A stretch of 32,000 bases of DNA from Moraxella nasovis (GCF_022701215.1 NZ_CP089976.1:390001-422000), one strand, 5' to 3'. Counted from the stretch's first letter, positions 9,123-18,726 are shown. Notes: a model not told the origin generated them from the sequence alone. Numbers and translations are program-made.

Positions 9123-9366
9123 ACTTATCTCTTTACACAATTTTTTTTGACACAATAAAACATCAAATAATAATAAATCTTATTTGATTCATTCTATCAC
9201 AACTTCTATCACAACATTTTTATCGCAATAAATAAGGCGATGTTGATAATATTTTTGTTCTGTTTTATCGCTTGGTTAATGGCAAACACGGCAGTCATTC
9301 AACATCATTTTGCATTCACGGCATCATCTTGTAAACAGCCAAACACCCAAAAGAGCATTTAAAAGA

Positions 9367-9891
9367 CTATTCATCGGTATGGAATAACAAAAACAGTTCC
9401 GTGATGTTATCTTCTAGGGCATTTGCCATCTGTGCTAGCGTTTCTTCATCACGCATGTCGTCCATTTCAGGGTCAATGCCAGAGAGTATGACCATCGGCA
9501 AGGTGAGCATTGCCACATCTTCTTCGGTATTCTCATCATCAAACCAATCTACGTTCTCGTCTGAGTACATGGCATCTACAAAGCCAATTGCCCACGCCGC
9601 CAAATCGCCCTCATCACTAAAATCTTCTGCTTCTTCACTGGCATCAAAAGGCAGTTCAATCGGCTGTTCTGCTTTTAGTGTGTCGTACAGCTCTTGTCGC
9701 CATGCAACTAAAGCCTCTTTGACCTCATCAGATACCTGCTCTTCGCCCCCTTCAAAGAAAGCTGAAATCCAATTTGGTAGGGGCTTGCCCACCACCGTTG
9801 CGGTCAAAAAGCCATGTGCGGCAATCGGGTCTAAGCCCAATTGGTTGGCATCTGATGCCAAATAATCAAATAATTCTTGTTTATTCATCAT
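9367..9891 (-). CDS. UPF0149 (YgfB/YecA-like) family protein
   Basis: 174 aa, acidic. The pattern AAHGFLTATVVG...WAIGFVDAM...DEETLAQMANALEDNITELFLLF matches my memory of UPF0149 proteins. Confidence 0.65.
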   Translation of the reverse strand: MMNKQELFDYLASDANQLGLDPIAAHGFLTATVVGKPLPNWISAFFEGGEEQVSDEVKEALVAWRQELYDTLKAEQPIELPFDASEEAEDFSDEGDLAAWAIGFVDAMYSDENVDWFDDENTEEDVAMLTLPMVILSGIDPEMDDMRDEETLAQMANALEDNITELFLLFHTDE

Positions 9892-9929
9892 ATCCTCACG
9901 GTTTCATTAAGATTATTATTAAATTAATT

Positions 9930-9952
9930 AAGCCTGTGAAAGGCACAGGCTT
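9930..9952 (-). terminator. hairpin downstream of the acidic small-protein gene
   Basis: AAGCCTGTG / CACAGGCTT, 9-bp stem with a 5-nt loop. The trailing tract on the minus strand is A/T-rich but not a clean U-run. Confidence 0.45.
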
Positions 9953-9957
9953 AAGGT

Positions 9958-10170
9958 TTACATATCATCAAAGTCGTCATCGCCTTCAATATCAAACTCA
10001 TCAAAGTCATCGTCTGACAATGCTCGCTCTAACTTCTTTAGACGTTGCTCTTCTAGTAACGCATCAATTTTTAGACGTTTTTCAAGTGGCTTGGCTTTAG
10101 TGTCATCTGCCAGCTTAGCATCAACATCTTCCTCAAAATCATCATCAAAATCATCATCAATATCACTCAT
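9958..10170 (-). CDS. small, extremely acidic protein (possibly PA3496-like envelope-integrity family)
   Basis: 70 aa. D/E/F-rich ends (DIDDDFDDDFEEDVD ... DDDFDEFDIEGDDDFDD) flank a basic helical core (KRLKIDALLEEQRLKKLERAL). The family assignment is from memory only. Confidence 0.55.
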   Translation of the reverse strand: MSDIDDDFDDDFEEDVDAKLADDTKAKPLEKRLKIDALLEEQRLKKLERALSDDDFDEFDIEGDDDFDDM

Positions 10171-10329
10171 AAAACCTCCAATATATTAAGGCTTGGACTA
10201 TCACCAAAAGTCATTCAACACCACATCTGCTTATACTGACTTTTTTGTAGGTGTTTAATTATGCCTTATATCGGTTATTTTTACTTTTGTCAAGCAATTT
10301 TTAAGGGCAGTCGTATTTTAGATGTTAAG

Positions 10330-11598
10330 CTAGTTCTCATCAGACAATAAGACACCATCTCTGAGTGACTGCAGACGGTCTGTCGTAGCTGAAGTTAATG
10401 ACACAATTTGATACATTGTGCTATCTGTGCCGACCGTGGTATCTGTTATAGGCTCAAGTTCAGCACCGACTTTTACTTCGTTATAAGACACTTCATCTAA
10501 TAATAGCATTGGCGACTGATCGTGCCGCTTAGTCATTTTACGCATGGTGTCAGCATATACTGCATCGCTGACCACTGTTTTGACGTGTAAGGCAAATCGC
10601 TGAGATTCACGGTGTTTTTCATAGATGATGTTATTTAGCATAATCACCAGTTTTGATAATAAAAATGCAGCTGTAGCGACTTTTGCACGATCATCTTCGC
10701 CATATAGAGCAACTGTCGCCCCTTTATCATCAAAGTCTTTGATTACTCTTGCCTTAACACCCACGACCAAAGGCGATGTCATCAAGTGCACCACTGCCTT
10801 TTCTAATAGCTGAGTGCATAGCGAGAAGTACGCTTTTTTGGTATCCACATGAACAGCAGATAATAGGTTGTTTGGGTCGTTATACAATACTTGTACTACA
10901 AAATCTGCCTTTTGATGCGTGCTGTCATCTGCTGATTTAAGCTCATCGGTTGTTGCCTTAGCAGTGCTGTCATCTTGGTCTTTATGAGCGTGCGTAGTCT
11001 GCATTACAGACAAATCTTGACGGCTTTTTTCCTCATGCATAAACGAATCAGGATGGATAAGCACACCATGCTCTAACAGACGATTGCGCACATCTTTAGC
11101 AATCTTAAGCTGCATCTCTTGGGTTGGGCGTGCAAGATTGCCGTACAGTAACCACAGTATCGCATGCAAGGCAATAGAACTCAATAAGAACAGCCAATGC
11201 TTAGCGATGATAGACGCACGTCCAATGGACTCAGCTTTCACCACTACGCTACCTAGTGCCTTATCTCCTGTTACAACGGGTACTTTTACACTCGCTCCAT
11301 CGCCACTTTCATTACCCACAGGCACGATTAGCACGTCTTTTGTGTCATACACGCCAACAAATGCGATTTGTTCTTCATCTACATAACGCTTACCGATAAC
11401 GCTCATACTAACACGATCAGACGCTGGTAAAGGTACGGTCATCTCTTGGGCGAGCAAATCTGCCGATTGCTGGATCGCTGTCTGATACGTCTCACGCATC
11501 TGTCTTTCTTCGCTGACAATGAAAAATAAGATGTGTAGGCATAAACTGGCTAACACAACAAAAGCAAATAGTACTTGTCTAGGGGCTAAATAGGTCAT
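10330..11598 (-). CDS. AhpA/YtjB (Smp)-like membrane protein with a long C-terminal extension
   Basis: 422 aa. An N-terminal TM, a periplasmic-like segment (...FVGVYDTKDVLIVP...) and a second TM mirror E. coli YtjB/Smp. It is divergent from serB, the same synteny as smp-serB in E. coli. The roughly 250 C-terminal aa have no family I recognise. Confidence 0.55.
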   Translation of the reverse strand: MTYLAPRQVLFAFVVLASLCLHILFFIVSEERQMRETYQTAIQQSADLLAQEMTVPLPASDRVSMSVIGKRYVDEEQIAFVGVYDTKDVLIVPVGNESGDGASVKVPVVTGDKALGSVVVKAESIGRASIIAKHWLFLLSSIALHAILWLLYGNLARPTQEMQLKIAKDVRNRLLEHGVLIHPDSFMHEEKSRQDLSVMQTTHAHKDQDDSTAKATTDELKSADDSTHQKADFVVQVLYNDPNNLLSAVHVDTKKAYFSLCTQLLEKAVVHLMTSPLVVGVKARVIKDFDDKGATVALYGEDDRAKVATAAFLLSKLVIMLNNIIYEKHRESQRFALHVKTVVSDAVYADTMRKMTKRHDQSPMLLLDEVSYNEVKVGAELEPITDTTVGTDSTMYQIVSLTSATTDRLQSLRDGVLLSDEN

Positions 11599-11864
11599 GG
11601 CACTGCTTAATTGGTTTTGGCAAATGAATGATAGTAAAAAAAGTATGACTGTATAAACTCGCTAGAATACCACAAAATCGCAATAAAACGATGAAAATGA
11701 GTAAAAATTTATGATAAAAATTTGCAAAATGTGATAAGTTTAGTTAATATCAAAGCACTTTTTGTTTTTTTATGTTTTGCTCTTATAAAATCGCTGTTGT
11801 GGTCAATATGTAAGTTTGGCTACATTTACCAACTTCTACCACATATGTCATCACAGGAATTGCC

Positions 11865-12953
11865 ATGACAGATTACGCTTTAGATTATCCTAAGCATCAC
11901 CATCAACAAAAACAAAACTGGTACACCACTTTAACCCATGCCCTGCCCGCCCTTACTGGCACGTTAAGCGTGCATGATTTAGATGCCCTGCCTGCTTTTG
12001 CGGTAATCGTTGTATCCAAGCGTGATAACGTAGGCGAGTATATACAATCTTCTTTAAGCAACTGGCAAGCTAAAAATCCAAATTGGCAAATTACTTTCGT
12101 CCAAGATAATGATACACCAAAAGCTGACAGCGACACCTTAACTGTGTATGTTCATCGCTATGTGCTAACTCCAGCTTATAACCTACCCATGACGAAAGCC
12201 AAGCGAGCTGCTGCTGCTCACATTATTGATGAACAGATTACCCTAGCTTTACAAGATTATCATGCCGATGTACATATTTTACCAATTTCTAAGGTGCTAA
12301 CAGAATATAAGCTTGCTTGCTTTGATATGGATTCCACCTTGATTGAGCAAGAAGTCATCGTTGAGCTTGCTAAATTCTGTGGCGTTGAAGATAAAATCAG
12401 CGAAATTACCGAGTCTGCCATGCGTGGCGAGATTGATTTTAGTACAAGTTTTGCCCGTCGTGTCGCCCTACTTAAAGGAGCTGATATTACCATCATTGAT
12501 ACCATCATTCAAAACAACCTAAGCTTTAGCCCTGGTGCAAAAATACTCATCAAAACCCTAAAGGCTCTCGGTTTTCACACCGTCTTAGTCTCTGGTGGAT
12601 TTACGCCTTTTGCCAAATATGTCGCAACCACGCTTGGCATAGATGAGTATTATGCCAATGATTTATTAGCAGTGGAAGGTAAGATAACTGGTCGTGTGAC
12701 AGATACCATCTTAGATGGCGATCGTAAAGCTCAAATCGTCCAAAAAGTCGCTGACAAACTCGGTATTCATACCGACCAGATGGTTTGTATTGGAGATGGG
12801 GCAAATGACCTGCCAATGATGATGGCTGCAGGACTTGGAATCGCCTATCACGCCAAACCCATCGTTCAGGCTCGTGCTGATGCAGCTGTGAATATTACAG
12901 GTCTTGAAGGTGTGCTATACGCACTAGGTTATGCTACTATATATAACACATAA
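11865..12953 (+). CDS. serB: phosphoserine phosphatase
   Basis: HAD motifs FDMDSTLI, VSGGF and IGDGANDLPM. AGGA lies 6 nt upstream of the ATG. Confidence 0.9.
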   Translation: MTDYALDYPKHHHQQKQNWYTTLTHALPALTGTLSVHDLDALPAFAVIVVSKRDNVGEYIQSSLSNWQAKNPNWQITFVQDNDTPKADSDTLTVYVHRYVLTPAYNLPMTKAKRAAAAHIIDEQITLALQDYHADVHILPISKVLTEYKLACFDMDSTLIEQEVIVELAKFCGVEDKISEITESAMRGEIDFSTSFARRVALLKGADITIIDTIIQNNLSFSPGAKILIKTLKALGFHTVLVSGGFTPFAKYVATTLGIDEYYANDLLAVEGKITGRVTDTILDGDRKAQIVQKVADKLGIHTDQMVCIGDGANDLPMMMAAGLGIAYHAKPIVQARADAAVNITGLEGVLYALGYATIYNT

Positions 12954-12981
12954 AATACGCTTATTGTTTTTAAGGAATATC

Positions 12982-13458
12982 ATGTTTACTTTGCCTATTA
13001 TTGATGTCAAAACAGATGCACTAGATTTACTGCTTGCAGGCCTAGGCTTTCGTTTACATTCACTTGCCAAAAATCGTGAAAACGCATCATTTAACCGCCT
13101 AATTGAAGGCAAAAACATCACAATACAGTTCACAAGCCCCACTGTCGCACGCTATTACCGCTTTAAAAATAGTCATTTTCATCAAGTAGCAGGTACAGCT
13201 AATAATGCCGATTTAAGTATCGCTTTTAAGGACTCTATGACAGGTGCTAAGATGCTTGCTAAGTCTGATGTTACTGCCTTTATGACCGCTGTCCAAGATG
13301 GCGAGGTAACGATAACAGGCGATTATAAATTGGTGCTGTGGTTTGCAGGCGTTGCCAAACATGCTGCCAAAATCCCTGATGAATATCAAACTTATATCGA
13401 TCAAGCTAAACCCTACACCAAACAAATCATCAACGCCATTAAAAATAAGCTAAAATAG
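12982..13458 (+). CDS. SCP2 sterol-binding-domain protein (UbiT/YhbT-like)
   Basis: About 158 aa from ATG 12982, with TAAGGAA 4 nt upstream; the track start 12931 overlaps serB. SCP2-like pattern ...DLSIAFKDSMTGAKMLAKSD...VTITGDYKLVLWF. Confidence 0.55.
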   Translation: MFTLPIIDVKTDALDLLLAGLGFRLHSLAKNRENASFNRLIEGKNITIQFTSPTVARYYRFKNSHFHQVAGTANNADLSIAFKDSMTGAKMLAKSDVTAFMTAVQDGEVTITGDYKLVLWFAGVAKHAAKIPDEYQTYIDQAKPYTKQIINAIKNKLK

Positions 13459-13578
13459 CCCAATCATTAACCTGTTTTTAGCCCATCATTATTAAAAGCA
13501 GGTTTGCTATTTTTGAATAAATTGATTAAAATAAGAACAACTGTTTACTAAACCAATCTAAATCTTGTGTGAATACAC

Positions 13579-13597
13579 TTGTCAAAAGGATTGACAA
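13579..13597. promoter_or_regulatory. perfect palindrome upstream of bioB (candidate operator)
   Basis: TTGTCAA-aagga-TTGACAA at 13579-13597, ending 32 nt before ATG 13630. Confidence 0.3.
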
Positions 13598-13629
13598 CCA
13601 ACAAGAATCTTATCTACCAAGGCACCGCC

Positions 13630-14670
13630 ATGAATTTTACTCCCGTCCGTCGCACCAAAAACGATATTTCTGCTTTATTTGATTTGCCACTCATGGATTT
13701 GCTCATGCAGGCTCAAAGCGTCCATCGTCAGCATTTTAATGCCAACGAAGTGCAAATCAGCACACTACTGTCCATCAAAACAGGCAACTGCCCAGAAGAC
13801 TGTGGCTACTGCTCGCAGTCAGGTCATCATCGTGATAAGACAGGTTTGGTCGCCGAAAAACGCATGGAAATCGCCAAAGTTATCAAAGAAGCCCGACGTG
13901 CCAAAGCATCAGGCTCATCTCGCTTTTGTATGGGGGCGGCATGGAAACACCCATCACCAAAAGATATGCCCTATTTGGTTGAGCTGATTGGCGAAGTTAA
14001 GGCATTGGGCTTAGAGACGTGCATGACTTTGGGTATGCTACAACCAGAACAAGCCCAAACCTTGGCGGCGGCAGGACTTGATTATTATAATCACAATCTA
14101 GACACATCAAGAAACTATTATAGCCAAGTAACCAGTACTCGCTCATACGATGACCGTATGCAGACACTAGAACACGTCAGAGATGCAGGCATTAACGTCT
14201 GCTCAGGATCTATCGTTGGTATGGGCGAAAGCCGAGACGACCGCATTGATTGGATTTTTGAACTCACTCAAATGCCCCTACCGCCACAGTCCATTCCTGT
14301 CAACCTGCTTGTCCCCATCAAAGGCACGCCACTGGGCGACAAGGTGCTATCAGAAGGCAAATTATCCGTCATTGAATGGATACGCACCATCGCCGTTACT
14401 CGCATTTGTTGTCCGACAAGCTATGTGCGTCTGTCGGCTGGGCGTGAAAGCCTGACAGACGGCGAGCAGGCACTTGCCTTTATGGCAGGGGCAAATTCGT
14501 TTTTTTATGGTGATAAACTGCTCACCACAGGCAACCAATCACAAGCCAATGATGACCGTCTCATGGCAGAGCTTGGCTTGACTGCCCAAAAGCCCACTCC
14601 CAAACCAAAAATCATCAATGCCATGACAGGCAATGATTATCGTGATGAGCCATGCTCGCTGTCCGCTTAG
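13630..14670 (+). CDS. bioB: biotin synthase
   Basis: Radical-SAM cluster motif [11 protein letters not shown] and conserved YNHNLDTS. Start set to ATG 13630 (MNFTPVRR...); the track start 13579 is a TTG inside the palindrome. Confidence 0.93.
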   Translation: MNFTPVRRTKNDISALFDLPLMDLLMQAQSVHRQHFNANEVQISTLLSIKTGNCPEDCGYCSQSGHHRDKTGLVAEKRMEIAKVIKEARRAKASGSSRFCMGAAWKHPSPKDMPYLVELIGEVKALGLETCMTLGMLQPEQAQTLAAAGLDYYNHNLDTSRNYYSQVTSTRSYDDRMQTLEHVRDAGINVCSGSIVGMGESRDDRIDWIFELTQMPLPPQSIPVNLLVPIKGTPLGDKVLSEGKLSVIEWIRTIAVTRICCPTSYVRLSAGRESLTDGEQALAFMAGANSFFYGDKLLTTGNQSQANDDRLMAELGLTAQKPTPKPKIINAMTGNDYRDEPCSLSA

Positions 14671-14876
14671 CTTGTATTCATGTGTCTGTATTCATGTATG
14701 CCATCGTCCTACACGATTATCCATGAAGCACATGAGCGGTCTTGGTAGTTGGCTTATTACAAATACAACTTGACCAAATCCGCAAGTGCCAATCAAGCCA
14801 AACCAAATAAAGCAACTAAGACAGCTTTAATGAGCCTTGTTATGGCTTTTAACTTTAATTCATCAAGGGTATTTTT

Positions 14877-16739
14877 ATGAAAATTTGTTCCACAAAAAAG
14901 GCATTATGCCTATCTGTCATCGCTGTACTTAGCAGTCATGTTTATGCCAAAGAGTTTAGCCAGACCATCTTTTTTGGTGATAGCCTAACCGACTCTGGTC
15001 GCTTGGCAAATACCGTCAATAGTGGCTTTATCAAAAATATCACAGGCGAATTACAAAACTCTTTCACCACCAATCCTGACCCCACTTGGGCAGGCGTACT
15101 TGCCAAGCATTATGGACACGATGCCATCGCCCACAAAGATAAGCTCAATCAGACCAACTACGCCGTCAGCTCCGCTCAGGTGAGTACCCCTGTAAACTTG
15201 TTTGGTTTTGTGTCAGTCGCCCCTGTGAACAAGCAAGTTGATGGCTACTTAAAAGAAGCAAAACAAGCTGATAAAGATGCTCTATATGCAGTGTGGATCG
15301 GTGCAAATGACTTGTTGGCAGCCGCCCAAATCAACAACACCACAGATGCCATCAAAGCCATCAAAAAAGCAGCGACTGACGAGAGCGATGTGGTGAACAC
15401 CCTGCATACCGCTGGTGCAAGGCATATTTTGGTGCCTAATCTGCCTGATGTGGGCAAAACACCACGCTTGATACAAAACGCCGAACAGTCAGTCACCGCC
15501 ACCACAGCCTCTGGTATCTACAACCGAAGCCTATATCAAAATCTAAACAACAGCAACGCCAACGTCATACCTGCCAACACCTTTGCCCTACTCCAAGAAG
15601 CCAACGCCAATCCTCAAGCATTTGGCTTCACCAATGTAACAGACACCGCTTGTCCAAATCAAGGGGGCGAATCTGCCCAAGCGATTTTATGCAAACAAAG
15701 CGATTGGCAAAGCACCGAACCCAACGCCAACGAAACCTACGCTTTTGCTGATGGCATTCACCCATCAGGTCGTACGCACCGTATTTTGGCTCAGTATTAT
15801 ACGTCCATCATTGACACCCCTGCTAAATTTGCCCGCCTGCCCAGACAGCTATTCATTCAAGGCAATACTACTGCCGATGAGCTAAATAAACAGCTGAATC
15901 TTTTGGGTCAAACGCCAACAAATACAGCACAAAATTCGCTTTGGGCGAAGCTGTCTGTTGATACTGCCAAGCAAAATGACAATAAAAACAGACCTGCATT
16001 TACCTTAGGCTTAGACCACGCCAACGAAAACAGCCACACAGGCATCTATCTAAACCAAGCTTCTAAGTACAGCACCCTTGACAAACACCTGACCGCACGC
16101 ACGAACCAAGTGGGCGTTGGGCTTTATCATCGCCATGACATCGGCAATATTCGTGTCAATGCCAGTGCAGGCATGGACAGACTTGGCATTGAAAGCCAAA
16201 GAACGGTTGCATGGGACGGACAAGCACGCACACATACAGGCAAAACAACCGCCAGACGCACGCACGCCAATCTACAAGCAAGCTATGGCGTTGATATGAA
16301 CCGTCTAAGCGTGCGTCCTTATGTGGGTGCTAACATACAAAAACTACGCATTGACACACTGACCGAAAATGAGCCAAACCTGTCTACCGCACTGCGTTTT
16401 CATGAGCAAAGCCAAAAACTCATCAATGCCAACGTTGGCGTAGACGTGGCGTATCATCTCACGGACAACGCACAGATTATCGCAGGGATTGGTCATGAAC
16501 GCTCACTGAGCAATGATGACCCACAAGTCATCACCACGTCTTTGCCGTCTATTCATGAATACACCAAAGGGTTTCAAACCACCATCAAAAATGATAAACC
16601 AAACAGCACCACAGCCAATCTTGGTGGCGTGATACATCTTGGCAACAACACCCTAAGTGCCAGCATCACTGCCAATCGCCAAAACCAAGACACCGACACC
16701 CATCTTGGTGGCTTTGTTGGGCTACAAAGTCAATTTTAA
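14877..16739 (+). CDS. GDSL/SGNH lipase-esterase autotransporter (McaP/EstA-like)
   Basis: Signal peptide (ALCLSVIAVLSSHVYA), SGNH block I FFGDSLTDSG, block V DGIHPS, and a C-terminal beta-barrel region of about 270 aa ending in the aromatic residue ...GLQSQF. Confidence 0.85.
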   Translation: MKICSTKKALCLSVIAVLSSHVYAKEFSQTIFFGDSLTDSGRLANTVNSGFIKNITGELQNSFTTNPDPTWAGVLAKHYGHDAIAHKDKLNQTNYAVSSAQVSTPVNLFGFVSVAPVNKQVDGYLKEAKQADKDALYAVWIGANDLLAAAQINNTTDAIKAIKKAATDESDVVNTLHTAGARHILVPNLPDVGKTPRLIQNAEQSVTATTASGIYNRSLYQNLNNSNANVIPANTFALLQEANANPQAFGFTNVTDTACPNQGGESAQAILCKQSDWQSTEPNANETYAFADGIHPSGRTHRILAQYYTSIIDTPAKFARLPRQLFIQGNTTADELNKQLNLLGQTPTNTAQNSLWAKLSVDTAKQNDNKNRPAFTLGLDHANENSHTGIYLNQASKYSTLDKHLTARTNQVGVGLYHRHDIGNIRVNASAGMDRLGIESQRTVAWDGQARTHTGKTTARRTHANLQASYGVDMNRLSVRPYVGANIQKLRIDTLTENEPNLSTALRFHEQSQKLINANVGVDVAYHLTDNAQIIAGIGHERSLSNDDPQVITTSLPSIHEYTKGFQTTIKNDKPNSTTANLGGVIHLGNNTLSASITANRQNQDTDTHLGGFVGLQSQF

Positions 16740-16754
16740 GCACCCACCACCCAC

Positions 16755-16790
16755 AAAAAAAGATGGTATAATATGCCATCTTTTTTTTTA
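16755..16790 (+). terminator. rho-independent terminator of the autotransporter gene
   Basis: Stem AAAGATGGTA / TGCCATCTTT followed by T9 (16781-16789). Confidence 0.7.
16764..16772 (+). promoter_or_regulatory. possible extended -10 element (TGGTATAAT) for hemJ, embedded in the terminator hairpin
   Basis: TGnTATAAT match at 16764-16772, 33 nt upstream of the hemJ ATG. No good -35 element. Confidence 0.3.
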
Positions 16791-16804
16791 TTAAAGCCAA
16801 TACC

Positions 16805-17230
16805 ATGTTGATGTATCTTAAAGCCTTTCATATTATTGCCGTTATCTGTTGGTTTGCGGGGATTTTTTATTTGCCCCGTTTGTTTGTATATCATGCCATG
16901 AGCGATGATGTCATCAGCCAAGAGCGGTTTGTTGTCATGGAAAGAAAGCTATATCGTGGCATCATGAATCCTGCCATGATGCTAACTTGGCTATTGGGAT
17001 TGTCTATGGTGGTGATGAATTGGGATATTTACAAAACGCAAGGCTGGCTACACGCCAAAATCATCTTGGTGATTTTATTGACCGTGTATCATGTGGTCTG
17101 TGGTAAGTTTCGCCTAAAACTGATGGCTAACCACGCCTACAAATCTCACGTCTATTGGCGATGGTTTAATGAAATCCCTGTGTTTATCTTAATTGGTGTT
17201 GTGCTACTTGTCGTGATTAAGCCGTTTTAG
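16805..17230 (+). CDS. hemJ: protoporphyrinogen oxidase HemJ (UPF0093 family)
   Basis: 141 aa, 4 TM. The N-terminus YLKAFHIIAVICWFAGIFYLPRLFVYH is characteristic of HemJ. Confidence 0.8.
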   Translation: MLMYLKAFHIIAVICWFAGIFYLPRLFVYHAMSDDVISQERFVVMERKLYRGIMNPAMMLTWLLGLSMVVMNWDIYKTQGWLHAKIILVILLTVYHVVCGKFRLKLMANHAYKSHVYWRWFNEIPVFILIGVVLLVVIKPF

Positions 17231-17280
17231 GTAAAGCCATTAGCTATTTTAAGCAAAGTCGTTTTAACCGAAACACCCAA

Positions 17281-17361
17281 CAATATCAGCATCACAATAT
17301 CAGCATCACAATATCAGCATCACAATATCAGCATCACAATATCAGCATCACAATATCAGCA
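17281..17361. repeat. 14-bp tandem repeat, 5 perfect copies plus a partial sixth
   Basis: CAATATCAGCATCA repeated head-to-tail at 17281, 17295, 17309, 17323 and 17337, with a degenerate copy from 17351. It lies in the intergenic region between the convergent 3' ends of hemJ and the 153-aa ORF. Confidence 0.95.
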
Positions 17362-17470
17362 CACAACAAGCCAAATACTCAGCACAGCATATTTAGCATA
17401 GCCATCAAAAACACACCACAGCTTTCAATGACAAAGGCAAAAAGTGGATAAAGACAAAAAAGGATAAAAG

Positions 17471-17932
17471 TTAGCCCTGCATTTTGATGGTTTTTTGTTG
17501 TTTGGCGATATCTTTACCCATCAGCACCGATTGGGCGACCATCAGCTCTTTTTCATGCTCAAATCCTGAAATTTGCCACGTTTTATCCTTATCCTTGATA
17601 ATCAGCGTGTCATTGGCGACAATGATTTGGGCGGTTGGGCTAAGCTGTACGGCATGATGACCACAACAAAAGGATTGATTTTTTAGCACCAAATGACCAG
17701 ATGTGATAGATAGACGGCTTTTGGCTTTCGCCTTGATTGTATTAAAAATAAAAATCACCACCGCAAATACCGCCATCATACCAATCGTTATCTGTACCTT
17801 TTGGGTCATCGCTACCACCGCCACGATGAGTGCAAGCACCACCAAAACGATTGACACCCAAAACAGCGAGTTACTCTGTTTGCCATGCAGTGCAATCTCT
17901 ACGCCATCATCTATTACTTTTAGCATCACCAA
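17471..17932 (-). CDS. hypothetical membrane protein (2 predicted TM)
   Basis: 153-aa ORF whose start overlaps the rph stop by 7 nt. TM segments [20 protein letters not shown] and [14 protein letters not shown]. No family recognised. Confidence 0.5.
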   Translation of the reverse strand: MVMLKVIDDGVEIALHGKQSNSLFWVSIVLVVLALIVAVVAMTQKVQITIGMMAVFAVVIFIFNTIKAKAKSRLSITSGHLVLKNQSFCCGHHAVQLSPTAQIIVANDTLIIKDKDKTWQISGFEHEKELMVAQSVLMGKDIAKQQKTIKMQG

Positions 17933-18642
17933 CCCAACGCTTGCTTTTGGATTTCAAACAGCTCGCCGATGCCTTTTTCGGCAAAATCTAGCATGACATT
18001 GAGCTCATCACGGCTAAAATGCTTATCTTCTGCCGTCCCTTGTATCTCAATAATTCCGCCCATCTGCGTCATCACGACATTCAAATCCGTATCACAAGTA
18101 GAATCTTCGGCATAGTCCAAATCCAAGTACGCTTGTCCATTTTTGATGCCCACCGAGACCGCCGCCACAAGACCAATCAATGGGTCTTTGGTCAGTTTTT
18201 TATCTCGTTGTAGGCTTTCTAATGCGTCAATGACCGCCACCGCCGCCCCTGTGATACTGGCGGTGCGAGTACCGCCATCAGCTTGAATGACATCACAATC
18301 AATATAAATGGTCTTCTCACCAAGTTTGGACAAATCAATCATCGCACGCAACGACCGCCCAATGAGTCGCTGAATTTCTTGGGTGCGTCCAGACTGCTTG
18401 CCACGAGTCGCTTCTCGTTGGGTGCGGGTGCCTGTGGCTCGTGGTAGCATACCGTATTCGGCGGTCAGCCAGCCTTGTCCTTGTCCTTTTAACCAACGTG
18501 GCACACCTGTCTCAATACTTGCGGTACAAAGCACTTTGGTATCGCCAAACGACACCAACACAGAACCTTCTGCGTGCTTGGTGTAGTTGCGTGTTAATGA
18601 AATGGAGCGAAGCTCGTTAAAAGCACGGTGATTGTGTCGCAT
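17926..18642 (-). CDS. rph: ribonuclease PH
   Basis: 238 aa, RNase PH-typical throughout: [51 protein letters not shown]. Confidence 0.95.
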   Translation of the reverse strand: MRHNHRAFNELRSISLTRNYTKHAEGSVLVSFGDTKVLCTASIETGVPRWLKGQGQGWLTAEYGMLPRATGTRTQREATRGKQSGRTQEIQRLIGRSLRAMIDLSKLGEKTIYIDCDVIQADGGTRTASITGAAVAVIDALESLQRDKKLTKDPLIGLVAAVSVGIKNGQAYLDLDYAEDSTCDTDLNVVMTQMGGIIEIQGTAEDKHFSRDELNVMLDFAEKGIGELFEIQKQALGW

Positions 18643-18726
18643 GGCAATTACTCTTATAAAAATTTAGACTATTGTAACAAGTTTTTGTCCAAATTAAAAA
18701 CCTACAATGAAAAATATCAACACACT

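Noticed and set aside
9401-10100. Plus-strand ORFs 9401-9865 and 9774-10100
   Set aside because: They are antisense to the UPF0149 gene and the acidic-protein gene. The Ser-rich mirror composition is produced by the D/E-rich sense frames.
17281-17361. Possible CRISPR array
   Set aside because: The repeats are directly adjacent 14-bp units with no spacers, far shorter than CRISPR repeats, and there are no cas genes in the window.
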